DNA of 64,000 bases from NCBI RefSeq assembly GCF_028641065.1, contig NC_073396.1:20398001-20462000 (forward strand), written 5' to 3'. Every line of letters starts with the position of its first letter. Within the stretch, counting starts at the first letter, position 1. The translations under genes were made by a program, and so were the position numbers. The DNA is from Leucoraja erinacea. Its lineage: Eukaryota. The notes beneath the pieces were generated by a model. The model saw only the letters and a list, made by a program, of their open reading frames with translations. It had not been told where the DNA came from and searched no databases. Shown one piece after another: positions 13,779 through 26,689 of the stretch.

Positions 13779-14480
13779 TAGATTAGATTAGATTCCTTTA
13801 TTTGTCATTCAGACCTTTCGGTCTGAACAAAATTTTGTTGCCTGCAGTCATACATATAATAATAAACAACAAAACACACAATAAACACAAATTAACATCC
13901 ACCACAGTGAGTTCACCAGGCACCTCCTCACTGTAATGGAGGCTAAAGTCTTAAAGTCACCGTCTCTTCCCCTCCTTATTCTCCCTCTGCGCTGAGGCAG
14001 TCTAGGCCTCCGATGTTGTGACCCCACCGGGCGAAGCGCGGCTCAACCGAGCTCCACGAACGGGCCGGTTCAAGCTCCGCGGCCCGGGGTGGTCGAAGCT
14101 TCCGCCCTCCAGTCCAGCGGACGCAGCTGTTGCCGCGGGAGCTCCGGGAAAACAGGTCACCAACCTGTGACCTGTGAGGTCCCGACAATGTCGTCCACTG
14201 GGCCCGCGGCCGAGCCCGGGATTCAGGTCACCACCGCTGGAACGCTGCCTCAGCCACCGAAACACTGCCTCAGCCTCGAGTCGTGCCGCCGGAACGCCGC
14301 CACAGCTCCGAATTCGGCCAGCCTCGAAGTCCTGGCTGGCTCTGCTTCTGGAGTCTCGAGGTCGGTCGCAGTTGGAGGCCGCCACCGCCATTAGGCCTAT
14401 GCGCAGAGAAGGTGGGATATGACAGAAAGAGACGCATTCCCCCGAAGGAAGAACTAGAACCCAACGTATTTCCGGCATTC
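13779..14480 (-). mobile_element. GC/CpG-rich non-LTR retroelement-like insert with (TAGAT)n tail
   Basis: begins with tagattagattagattcctttatttgtc (reverse of AATAAA + repeat tail) followed by a CpG-rich body; family not recognised. Confidence 0.45.
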
Positions 14481-15566
14481 TCGTTTATTTCAAATTTCCA
14501 GCAAGTATTTTGTATCTCAGTTCCAGCACTTTGTTTCTCTCCTCTACTCTCATTCATGTCAAGCTAACGTCACCTCAGACTGATCATCTGCAGTGAACAA
14601 GCGTCCACTGTGCTCTCTCTCAGTTGGAAGCATTGCCACTTGTGTCACTCAGTCACAAACATCCCTTTTTCTCGCTCTCCGCCCCTCTCTCTTTGCAAAT
14701 TAAAACGGGGTTGATTTCTGACCTTTCCTCATTCTGAAATGTTAACTATTTCTTAACGATTGCAATCTGACCCAAGTATTTCCAACATATTAAAGACAGA
14801 CACAAAATGCTGGAGTAACTCAGCGGGGCAGGAAGCATTTCTGGAGAGAAGGAATGGGTGACATTTCGGGTCGAGACTTCCAACATATTCTGTTTTTTTA
14901 GTTCGGATTTTCAACCTTGCAGTTTCTTTTAATTTATTATTCTAATGACGTGTGCTGTGAATTTTGAAGTTTCCTGGTTGCTTGTTTTTTTTATCAAGGT
15001 TCCAGTCTCCCATTTAACATCAGAGGTTTGATAGCTTTCAAAGTCATTGAGTTCCTGTGGCCACTGTCCATATTCCAGTTAATGCGTTTTCTCCAAGATT
15101 GTGGAATCTTAAATTCCTTATTTGCAGTACCAGAACTTGGAATTCCTTTTGATGTCAAGACTTTGCAGAGCCAGCAAGCTTCCTGCAGAATACTGAGTGC
15201 ACACTGTAAGTAGGGCAGCAGAGTGTGTATGATGTGCGGTAGCAAGAGCGATGATCTCCTGTGGCTCAGGGACGCCACAAACAACTTGTTCAGCAGATCG
15301 TTCAAAGGGCACTGTGAGAGGTTCACTGATGGGTTCTGAAAGCCACTGAATCGTCTGTCGTTGGTTGTGTGTCCCCCTTGGTGCATCTCCTTCAATTCAT
15401 TGATTCAATGATGCTTTATTGTCACAGGTGCAAAGTGCATGGTCAAACTGTTTTCTTACAAATAGTCCAGTAGAGTATTGCCGTATCTACGCAGATTCCC
15501 CCGATGAGCAATGTGTAAGAAAGAACTGCAGATGCTGGTTTAAATCAAAGCTAGGCACAAAATCTC

Positions 15567-15602
15567 CAGTCTGAAGAAGGGTCTCCACCTGAAACGTCAC
15601 CC
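15567..15602 (+). ncRNA. Minimal hammerhead ribozyme motif, intact core
   Basis: CUGAAGA(15571)-A-GGGU-CUCC-ACCU-GAAAC-GUC. Confidence 0.62.
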
Positions 15603-16740
15603 GTTCCTTCTCTCCAGAGATGCTGCCTCACCCGCTGAGTTACTCCAGCATGTTGTGTCTACCCCCGATGAACAAAGTGTACAGAAACAGTCCACTGAGC
15701 CCGCATTCAAGAGGCGCCATATTCAAAGTCCAGTCCATGCTCTGGTTCTCATGAGCAGCGCCCGATCCAGACAAACCCCAGGCTGCTGCGAGGCCTCCAC
15801 CTTCCTCGGATGTGGGGATCGCCCTCTCCTTGTGCCCTGGGGGCACCTTCCGCTGTCGACCTTGAATGTGTGGTAGGTCCCTCTCCTTGCTCCTTGCTCC
15901 TCGCTCGTCTAGTCTGTAGTCGTAGCAGGCTCCATCGTCTGGTCTTCAAGGAAGGGCAGGCCCCGCTCGGTGGCTTCCCCCCCCTATGCTGGTGGAGGCA
16001 GGTACAATTGTGGCGTTTGAGAGGCTTTTAGATAGGCACATGGATATGCAGGGAATGGAGGGGCCTGGATCACGTGCTGGCAGAGCAGACTTGATCTTGG
16101 TATCACGTTCAGCACGGACATCGTGGGCCGATCGGCCTGATCCTGTGCGTATACTGTTCTATGTTCTAATGTGTCAGGTAACTGATCTTCTACCAGAACT
16201 GGAAACGGTTGGGGAAGATTGTCCTTTGTCACTTAATCTGTCTGCCTTACCACCCAGTGATACATCTGGGTTTAGTTCTTCTTTCCTTCCCCTCTGCCTT
16301 TGTACCAAAAGCAGTTCTGAGCTAAAATATTACTTCCGTTTCATTTCCCACTGGTCCTGCCTGCACACACTGGTGTTTCCAGCCTTGTGTTCCACACTTG
16401 GGGTTCCAGCATCTGCTATATTTTGTTCAGCTGTATCAGCTCAGATGCATCTTGGTTCATTAGTTTAGTTTATTGTCACGTGTACCGAGGTGCAGTGAAA
16501 GGCTTTTGTTGTGGAAAGACAATACATGATTAGCAGTGGTGCAGTGGCCTTGTATACAGACAGCAACATCTGCAGCTCATGGGCGTTCACTTTATACACA
16601 AGCAAAGCCAGTTTCTAATGCATCCTGCAGCACTTCAAATTGGGATATAGCAAAATTTGCTGCGTAGATTTTCTATAAAGTCTGCAGCCTCTCTAATTCG
16701 AGCTCCAAAACAGGATAATTTGCACAGTAGCCGTGTTAGA

Positions 16741-16754
16741 GTTTCCTTGGCAAC
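16741..16754. promoter_or_regulatory. RFX X-box-like site in MOSMO intron
   Basis: GTTTCCTTGGCAAC in non-repetitive sequence. Confidence 0.3.
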
Positions 16755-17164
16755 AGAAGGGGACTGTTTCAAATTTCCTCGTTGGCTTGTCAGAATAAAA
16801 TGTCATGCCTGTGCATCTCACCATAATGCATCAAACTTAATTATGAAGGAGATGAAATATTTTCCATTCAGATCTCGTTGGCTCAGTTCCTAACCACAAA
16901 AGCTGAGAAACCTTTGGCCACTTTGTTGCAGGCACCACAGTTAACCTGTGTTACGCTTTCACAGTCCAGGGCCGTACAGTGGCGCGGCTGGTAGAGGTAC
17001 TGTCTCACAGCATCAGAGACCCGGGTTCAATCCTGACCTCGGGTGTTGTCTGTGTGAAGTTTGCACGTTTCCTCCAGGTATTCCAGTTTCCTGATACAGC
17101 CCAAAGACGTGCGGGTTTGTTGGTTAATTGGCCCATAGTGTGTAGCGAGTGGGTGAGAAAGAGC

Positions 17165-17710
17165 TGCGGGATATCGAGGAGACCCTAGTGAGAGCCTCTT
17201 CTATAATGGAAGAGGGGAACCCCCGTTTCCAAAGAAATGAGGACACCTCCGATGTCCGGGTATGGAACACCTCATCCTGGGCGCAGTTGCAGCGTAGATG
17301 TAGGAATTGGAAGTAGGGTATAGAGTCTTTACAGGAAGCATGGTGGGGAGAAGTGTAGTCAAGATAGCTATAGGAGTCAGTAGGTTTGAAGTAGATGTCT
17401 GTCAATAGTCTGTTTCCTGTGATGGAGATGGTGAGATCTAGAAACCACAGGGAGATGTCGGAGATGGTCCAAGTGAATTTGAGTGCAGGATGGAAATTAG
17501 TGGTGAAGTTGATGAAGTCAGTGAGTTCTGTATGGGTGCAGGAGGTAGCACCAATGCAATCGTCAATGTAGTGGAGGTAGAGTTCAGGGATAGGGCCAGT
17601 GTACGCCTGGAACAGGGATTGTTCGACGTACCTGACAAAGAGGCAGGCATAGCGAGGGCCCATGCGAGTGCCCATAGCTATGCCTTGGATTTGGAGGAAG
17701 TGGGAGAATT
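17165..17710 (-). mobile_element. Penelope-like element reverse transcriptase fragment
   Basis: QIQGIAMGTRMGPRYA...YIDD...LKFT...FLDL...KPTDS.SYL.Y.S.H; PLE-type RT core and thumb; inserted in a SINE. Confidence 0.88.
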
Positions 17711-19224
17711 AGTGTCAACTGATGATCAATGGACTTGCTGGGCTAAATGAACTGTTTCCATGTTGCATCTTTCAATTAGTGCAACTTGTTTGTGAACATG
17801 TTAGAAATACTCAACCAGTCAGGCAGCATCTGGAAAAGAGAAACAATTAATGTTTCAGTAGAGAGAAAAGATCAGGGGATAGATGGAAAGAAGGGCAAGA
17901 AATAAAGAGGATAGACAGGGTTAGAGTAAAGAAAGACTTGTTTTATACAATTGTGATGAAAGGTTTCCAACCTGAAACGTTAACTGAAACACAGATGCTG
18001 CCTGACCTGCTGAGTGTTTCCAGTATTTTCTGTTTTATTTCAGATTTCCACGACTTGCAGTAATTGTGTTTGTATTTCCATTTACTTGTGCAAAGGCAAT
18101 GTTTGGTTAAAGTAGGCAAATCCACTATTTAAAAACCCACTTCTTATTTTACATACTTCAATCTAACCTGGTTAAATGTAACTTCCCGCAGAGTTCTGGG
18201 GATTGAGGCAAGGCTTTGTACAGACCACGCCCGTTCTTGTCTTCTGCACAAGTTTGTGTGCACAACCCTGCTCACTTACCTAACACTGTGAGGTAATTTA
18301 CGGATATGGATGATGTGCAGGCAGATGTCTTGGCTTCAGAGAAGATAGACACAAAATGCTGGAGTAATTCAGCAGGTCAGGCAGCAACTCTGGAGAAAAG
18401 AAATGTGTGATGTTTTGGGTCGAGACCCTTCTTCTTGGGTATCATGTCTTGGCATCATGTTTGGCAAGGACATTGTGTGCCGAAGGGGCTGTTCTTGTGC
18501 TGCACTGGTCTGTGTTCTATCACTAAGGCCAAGAATACTATTCACAAAGTGCTGGAAAATAGGATTAGTTTGGATGGGTAAAAAAATAGGAGGAACTTGG
18601 GGAGGCAGCATTTATGGAGGGAATTCAGGTCGGGACTGAGCCTGGGACATTTCCCCGGTCGGCTACATTCCATTGGCCGGGGTTGCTGGGCGGGATTGGG
18701 GAATGGCTGGGTGCTGCAGTCCCTGAACACGTCTCCTGGGAATTTGAATCGTTCCAAACAGGGAGAGGCGTGCACGGGGTGGGGTGTCAGTGGGCTTGTG
18801 TGTTCAGGCACCACTGTGCTACCCTCTCACTCGTTCAAACAATTTTTGCCCCAGAGAAAAATACAAAGTGCTGGAGGAACTCAGCTGGTCAGGCAGCATC
18901 TGTGAAGGGAATGGACAGGCAACGTTTCAGGTCTTCAGGATGATCGTCCAATTTCTCCACAATCAGTCTGAAGAAGGATCTCAACACAAAGTATCACCTG
19001 TCTGTTCCCCCCACAGATGGTGCCTAACCCGCTGAGTTTCTCCAGCACTTGGTGTCTATCTCTTTAGTATTGATGGGTACAGGATGGTTGGCATGTACAT
19101 GGTAGGCCGAAGGGCCGGTTTCTGTGCTGCATGACTAAAAAAGTTACACACAACTAAAATGGAATTTCAATGGAAAGTGTGACAATGCCCCTAACATTTT
19201 CTCTCTTCTCTCCTCCCCCGACAG

Positions 19225-19409
19225 TGATCCTGTTTTGCATGGCGGCCCTCATCTTTCCGATTGGATTCTACATCAATGAGGTTGGTGGCCAGCCTTACAA
19301 GTTGCCCAACAACACCCAGGTTGGGTCCTCGTACGTGCTGTTTGTGCTGTCCATCTTCTTCACCATTGTGGGACTCCTGTTCGCAGGGAAGGTCTGTCTC
19401 CCCGGGTGA
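19225..19409 (+). CDS. MOSMO: MOSMO last coding exon
   Basis: polypyrimidine tract + acag|TG completes the ATG begun in the previous exon; MILFCMAALIFPIGFYINEVGGQPYKLPNNTQVGSSYVLFVLSIFFTIVGLLFAGKVCLPG-TGA is the MOSMO C-terminus. Confidence 0.97.
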
Positions 19410-20551
19410 GGGCCTGGCAACATCCGCCTGGTTTTTCATCCTTTGGGAAGACCTGGTTACCGCTTCCCGAGTTGCGTCTCTGCAGCCGGAGAACCGTTGG
19501 AGCGACCTCTGCCATCGAGGATGGATTAGTTCTTGTCACTACGCACTTTGGAGACGGAGAAGACGAGTTTCCTTCACCCCGTGAGACTCCAGAACCGATG
19601 AGCAAACTGCTTTGTCGATCAGGGCGGGGCTCTGAGGGGAAGGCGGCCGAAGAGTTACCAAGACCCAGCCTCCTTTCCCACCGTTAACACTAAACCTATC
19701 ACTGTTTCATCTTAACTGCGGACGTTGGAATCCACTCTTGCTCTTTACAAAGAGCCTGGGTTTGCGCTGGTAAAGAGGAGGCAAATCTTGTGGGGCAGGC
19801 CTCACTGGAAGGACTTGGCATGCTGCAGCATCTCAAAGATGAGAAACCATTCAAAGACCGAGGGAGGGGAGGGGAGGGGGACACTCACACTACTTAAACT
19901 AAAGTGATACCAAAATGGATTTGACCCAGGGTTTGAGTCTCTGTAGTGGCCGTCTGACCAGGGCAAGGCGGGTGAAGCGTACAGATCAAAAGTTGCATTC
20001 TAGTCTGTATAAAGCAATTACAGAAAATTATTCCTGCTGGATATTAAAGCCAAATATATCATTATTTTTTAAATAATATCTAAGAGACGCTCCCTTTTCC
20101 CGTTTTCTGTTGGCCGATGCAGTCCAATACGGATGCAGCTTGGGAAAGTTGGTCACAATACTGGAAGACACTACTATGCGAACGTAGAAACGATTCGAGT
20201 CGCTGTTACCTTGAGGTTGGAAGCCCTCAGTTACCTCATTCTTTGTGCTTTGTCTCGTTTTTATTTTGTAGCATCTGACCCTGACTCCGGTCCCCTGCTT
20301 TCACACAAATACCACCACAGGTCAAAACTTCGCTGGGTGCAATTGTCTTTAAAAGTTGACTAAGCTGAACTAATAGAAAAGAAAGTTATCTTTATTAAAT
20401 TATTTCTATATGAGGAGAAAATAAGATTGTGACGTCCTTTTCAACACTCCACCGCTTGATTTTTATTTTATTTTTTTTGCAATATCGTAGCTTATGTACT
20501 GGCTGTGATTGTCTAAAGTTGCTCAGTCATTCTGATGTAGCTTTACCTCCT

Positions 20552-20590
<39 letters not shown>

Positions 20591-22653
20591 AGAAAAAGAG
20601 AAAGAGAGAGAGAGAGAGAGAGGGAGAAACCCTTGATCTATCCCAGTTTCTCTGGGATGTCCATTGCTTAACATTACAAGATGGCACCATGTCTAATGGA
20701 ACTGGTGGTCTGCTTCCACAGGTCAGGGTAGGGGCAGCAATGAGAACTTTGCTTTTAACTCCCGGCACCACTGTGGAGCTTACTGCGACATTGGGAGCGC
20801 TGTGGGGGTGAGCTGCCTGATATAGACAGGCAGAGGGATGCAGCAGATGTGGAGTTGAACTTGTTAACCATAGTGTTACTGCGCATCGCTCATCGGACCC
20901 CGGCCTTTACACCTGAACAATGTGCTGGGGATACGAATTGCTCTGCAGGTGCTTCCAGGGTGCTTCTCTCTCCTCTCAAAGTGTCCTGCCTGTCTTGGCC
21001 ATGGTAGACGGGTGCTCCCAGGCACCTCTGTTCCAGCTCTCCCCACTGACAGGGCACAAAGTTTGGGGGGGGGGGGTGGTGAGCAACCCACTGCCTGTGG
21101 TGTGTGTTCACACCGACAGAAGGAGAGAGGGAATGGGGCAGGATGTAAGAATCATGGCTACAAGGAGTTACATCGGCAGCAGCTTCAGTCATCTGCATGG
21201 GAACGGGATGTAGGATGTAGGAAAAACTTGTGCATTAAGAAACGATTGTGTTCCAAAGCAATCTTATACCTCAGCTATTTCCTTGCAAGTTCTTTGGGCA
21301 GCACGCTGGACGCTGGGCCCTCTGAACCAAGCAGCAGGAAGCAGGTGGCTGGGAATATGAACAGAGAGAACACTAGGCGATTGGAATTACAGCTGGACTT
21401 TAGATTGATTCCATCCATATCATGTACCCCATTGTTCTAAACCAAAAGCTAGAGATTCCTGTAAAAAAATGTAGGGAGGTAGTTCATTGAGTTGTAACAA
21501 AAGTTTGTTTGGTTGAGTTTGTGATGTCATCAACTTGATGTAGAACTTCAGGTTTCCATGAATACACCACACTATTATTTTAGTGCGCATGGTTTCCACC
21601 ACATGGGCTCTCCAAGCCCACTGAACGCTGCATCGTTCCTCATGCTCAAATACATTCAATCTGTCCAACCCTCCATCCATCCATCTCTCCCTCCCCCTGT
21701 CCCTCACTCTGTCCTCCATATCTCCCTTCTCTTCCCTATCTCCCCCCCCCCCCCTATTACTCTCTCGCTTTGCACGTTCTTTAGCATTTCCCTTCACTTG
21801 CCCTCTATCTTTCCTGAGCAAAACAACGTGCTGGAGAATTGTGAGGGAATGGCCAGGGGATGTTTCAGGTCGGGGCCCTTGGTCAGACTGATAGTACAGG
21901 GGAGGGGTGGGGGTGGGAGCCGGCAAGTGATAGGTGGAGGAGGTTGGGAGCTGTTGGCCAGCAGATTCCAAGTCCAACCATTGGTGCTGGCTCTTGCCCC
22001 ACCCCTCTCCCCACCTCTCTGACAGCTCTCTCCCCTCTCCCCGTAAGGCTGAAGAAGGGGCTTGACCTGAAATGCTGTTTGTTAATTTCCTTGGCAGATA
22101 GCTTAGTTTAGAGACACAGCATAGAAATAGGCCATTCGGACCACCGAGTCCACGCCGACCATCAATCACCCATTCACACTCGTTCTCTGTTACCCCACTT
22201 TCACATCCACTCCCCACTCACAGAGGCAAATCAGAGGATGTGGGAGGAAACTGGAGCACTCGGAGAAAACCCATGCGGTCACAGAGAGAACGTGCAAACT
22301 CCACACAGACAGACAGCATCTGAGGTTACGATCAAACCCAGGTCTCTGGCACTGCGAGGCTGCAGCTCTACCCGCTGTGCTGCCCGTTTCTGACCCGCTA
22401 AGTTCCTCCAGCGGTTGGAGTCTTGTTCAAGATTCCAGCTTCTGCAGTTCCTTGTCTCTCTTCCCTCCCCGCTGGTGTTCATGTTGTACCTTTTCAACCG
22501 GATTCCACAGGTGAATGCTGTGTGCCTGGCCAGGTGGAAGATCATAGCATAGCTTGGCATTGTTCCTTCTCACACCTTGCTCTCCAATCCAGGTTGCACA
22601 CTTAACATAACACAAGTACATGAAATAACACACAAGGAACAGTTCAGAATAAA
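19410..22653 (+). other. MOSMO: Putative MOSMO 3' UTR (3' end uncertain)
   Basis: follows the stop codon; candidate poly(A) signals ATTAAA at 20043 and 20394 and AATAAA at 22648; cannot choose between them without RNA data. Confidence 0.35.
20553..20622. repeat. Compound (TG)n(AG)n microsatellite
   Basis: seen directly. Confidence 0.95.
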
Positions 22654-25069
22654 AGTATTTATGGTCGACACCACATATGTGATTGACCAGTGATTTTTAA
22701 GTGACAAATCTGTACATAAAAGGTTATATCAAGGTAATGCAAGCAATCCTTAGGATAAATTATCATAAAATGTCTTACGGTCTGGTTACTGATTCATAGA
22801 GCAACAATTTTTATATAACTTATTATCTGTCATATATTTTATGGCAAACCCATAACGCAGTCCTTCAGTAATACAATATCGTAGGAAGGCTATAAATCCT
22901 GTTACATGCCTTTGGAGTGTGTGTTTACGGAGTCACAAGTCTCGTTTATGTTACAGAAATTTCTACAATAACACTGTGCTTTGAGAGGCAGTACAAGACT
23001 GTCTGTTTCCCACAACCGAGTGATCTTTAAAATGGCCATCAACGAGAATGCCAAATGACTGATATTCTGGATGACAGTGAGCGCAAGGTGGCTTCTGAGG
23101 CGACCCCTCAGTCCTGTAGTATTATGTATCCTGAAACCCACTACACTGGAGCAGAATCAATGCACCACCTCCTCTTTCCCGTGCCCCATCTGGGCTCATA
23201 CCCACATCTCCCCTTCCACTTGCATTGTCCTCCAGCTACACAATCTTCAACTCTTCAATCCTTTTGTCTCACACCTTCTGACCTCTTACCACTGACCTTT
23301 GTCCAACCATCTGCCTATCAACTCCTCAACCTACAACCCCCCCCCCCCCTCACCTGTATCAACCTATTATCGGCTAATCTCTGTCCTGCCCCTCCTCTCT
23401 TCCAGTTCACTCCCCCAGTCCGAAGAAGAGTCCCGACCCAAAACATCATCTATCCATGTTCTCCAGAAATGCTGCCTGACCCGCTTTTATCTTTTCTTGT
23501 AAACCATACCTACAGATCCTTGTGTCCACATTTTCAGACTGTTACACTCACTGACGGCTACGCAAAGGAAGTAAGTCATTGGATGCAACATGATCCAATG
23601 AAGGTCCTTGTTATGGTCAGCACAGAAATGAAAAAGTACCTATTCTTTGGACTGAATTTTGTTTTATAAAATTCATTGAGATCAGGCTGTGGTGCAGTTA
23701 TCCGTTTTAACGGTGCTGGATAAAGCAAGGGGGAGAAACCCTGATTATAATAACTTTTGTAAAGTGAATGTGATGGGAGACAGTTTCAGGCTGACAAGGA
23801 AACACTGAAATCATGGCATTCTGTTCTCTGATGTCTCAATTGATGATTGAGTTGTATTATTTCTTGATTTGTGTACAGTTGTTTACATGCATTTCGTCCC
23901 TGGCTTCCGGCTCACATCAAACCCTGTCTGAAGGACGTGACCTTGAAGAATGACACAAAGATCTCTGTGCTTGCAACTAGTCTGATGGTTAGTCCAAGAA
24001 TTCCCAGTAGTTTCTTACTATATAGAGTCACAAGGGATTTGGGGGGTTTGTGCAAGGCCTGCACAGTATCCTGTAATAATGTCAATGTTTTATAATTGGT
24101 TTTGGCAGTTTTTAAATCCAATAATTTCAGAGGAAGCATTGTTAATATGTCTGTATAAAGAGAACATAATTTTCCTTCACTTGTATTTTTGTTATTGAGC
24201 AAGTTTATCAAAATAAAATGATTGCCTACTAAAGGAAGTGGTGCTGGTCTGATTGCTGTGTCAAAATAATAATTGCTACTCTGCTTAGAACTTTTCAACA
24301 CTTCAAATCCTTATTTAAAATCTCCATCCCCTTTTGGAATATGTCAGTGAGAGTCCACTGTAAGATTTCACGTGTGGTATGAAAACTAACTAGGTCATAC
24401 TTTTTAAAGAATGTTGGCGGGGGCTCAAGAGAGAACTAATCATCTCTCCTAATGTATGGTGGAAATATTCCCTGGCTGTGGAGAGAGCAGCCACGGCCAT
24501 TGTTAACCACCTTTCCTTCATACTTTTAACAAAATTAAGTTGACTACAGGCTCAAAGGACTTGGAATACACTATATTAATATCAATCGTACTTTATTGTC
24601 ATGTAGTTAAATGAAGTGCAATTCCTAGTTTTGCATACAATCCACTAAAACCAGTATACACAAGCACGATCATACATAAGTACAAGAGTTTGATTGTAGT
24701 GTAAAAATAGATTTCCATCGCCCTCTTGCACTTCTCAGGTACTAAGTTCTTCAAAATATTGAGTCCTATCTTGGCCATAAAGGCTTGTTGTCCTAGTGTC
24801 AGTGTTTCATGGGTTGGCGATGCTGTCAGTGTCCTCCACCGCCGCTCTGTGCCACTGCAGGCCGCATCCGATCCCTGCATTCGTCCGACTTCTGTGGGGC
24901 CTCCAACGGCGACCGACCCACGCGATCCCCCAGCTGCTGCAGGGTCTTCAACAGCCCACTGACACCTCGTCCACTCTCCTCCTGCAGCCCCTCAACGGCA
25001 CCAATCCTCCCCTCCATCCACTGCACGCACCTTCTTTGCTGCTGAGTCAGTAGCTTGTGTCTCAAACGT

Positions 25070-25540
25070 CAATCCAAGCTGGAAAGGGTGCAGAGAAAAT
25101 TTATAAGGATGTTGCCAGTGCAAGGGCTTGAGCTATAGGTAGAGGTTAAGTAGGCAAGTACTTTATTCCTTGGAGCATAGAAGGATGAGGGGTGATCTTT
25201 TGGAGGTGTACAAATTCATGAGAAGAATAGATCGAGTAAACCCATAGTGTCTTTCCCAGAGTAGAGGAATCGTGAACCAGTGGACACGGGTCTAAGATTG
25301 GGGGGGGGGGGGAGACATTTAATAGAAACCTGAGCTGTAACATTTTTTACACAGAGTGGTGGGTTGGTGGAACGAGCTGCCAGTTGAGGCAGGTACTATC
25401 ACAATGTTTAAGAAACATTTAGACATGCACGTGGATAGGATATGGGCCAAACACGGGCCGATGGGAGTAGTGCCAATGGGGGTGTCTTGGTTGGCGTGGG
25501 CAAGTCGAGCCGAAGGGCCTGTTTCCATTCTGTAGGACCT
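25070..25540 (+). mobile_element. CR1 LINE 3' fragment
   Basis: CR1 tail motifs as above. Confidence 0.75.
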
Positions 25541-26380
25541 CATGACACAAAAAACAAGTATAGCAAAACATTATCCTTATTATCCTTATTTTTCAAGATG
25601 CTTGCTGGGGTTTGAATGCATACCATACACCCCCGGCTCACCACCCCCATTTATTCACCACTTTGTTTTGCTCAAGATTCCAGCATCTACAATCTCTTAT
25701 AGACACAAGGAACTGCAGGTGCTGCTTTACAAAAAAAGACACAAAGTGCAGAAGTATCTAGGGTCATAAGTTATTGGAGCAGAATAGGCTGGCCCATCAA
25801 GTCTACTCTGCCCTTCAATCATGGCTGATCCATCTTTCCCTCTCAACCGCATTCTCCTACCTTCTCCCCATAACCCATGACAGCCATTCTAATCAAGAAT
25901 CTTGTCGATCTCGGTCTTAAAAGTACTCATTGACTTGGCCTCCACAGCAGCCTGTGGCAATGAATTCCACAGATTCACCACCTTTCTTGTTAAAGAAATT
26001 CCTTATTTTTTTTAAAGCTACATCCATTTATTGTGATGCTGTGCCCAGCATCTATGGAGCGAAGGAAATAGGCAACGTTGCCTATTTCCTTCGCTCCGTA
26101 GATGCTGCTGCACCCGCTGAGTTTCTCCAGCATTTTTGTGTACCTTCGATTTTCCAGCATCTGCAGTTCCTTCTTGAAAACTCCAGGGGTCAGGCAGAGA
26201 ATTGCCAAAGAAGGGAACTAACCCGAAACTTCACCTGTCCATGTTCTCCAAAGATGCTGCCTGACCTGCTGACTTACTCCAGCACTATGTGTCTTTTTTT
26301 GTAGACCAACATCTGCAGTTCCATGACTTAAATCGAAGCTCGTATCACCCCAGTGTATCTAAGATGTCTGGGTGAGCTTG

Positions 26381-26400
26381 GAGCTCCCTCTGCTGCCGGC
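26381..26400 (-). promoter_or_regulatory. CTCF-like motif between MOSMO and VWA3A
   Basis: minus strand GGCAGCAGAGGGAGC resembles the CCASYAGRKGGCRC consensus. Confidence 0.4.
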
Positions 26401-26689
26401 TCGCGGAATTGTTGTCAGTGCTGGCAGCGCAATTAATGTCACAAGTTAATGAGTGTTCTACTAATTATCGTATTACTCAAGGAATTCTCCTCGATTAGCT
26501 TTAATCAGCTTACCCTTACGGTATTTCATAATTCCTCAATTAAAACTATTTCAAATCCCACAAAGGGCCCAGAAAATTGAATTTGTAAAGCTAATTACAA
26601 TTTATACAATGTTTGCATTTTTATACTGACAGATTTGCAAAATAGTCATGACACGGAAAGAGCCATTTAGGCTGTGGAGTCTGCTTGCG

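Noticed and set aside
13920-14480. CpG island promoter or coding exon
   Set aside because: Attached to a retroelement-type tail and the ORFs have no recognisable product; kept only as an unknown repeat.
17124-17675. 183-aa RT ORF as a host or telomerase-like gene
   Set aside because: Truncated Penelope-like RT fragment inserted into a SINE; no exon structure.
21420-22217. 265-aa minus-strand ORF
   Set aside because: Crosses SINE and PLE remnants and low-complexity tracts; no recognisable domain.
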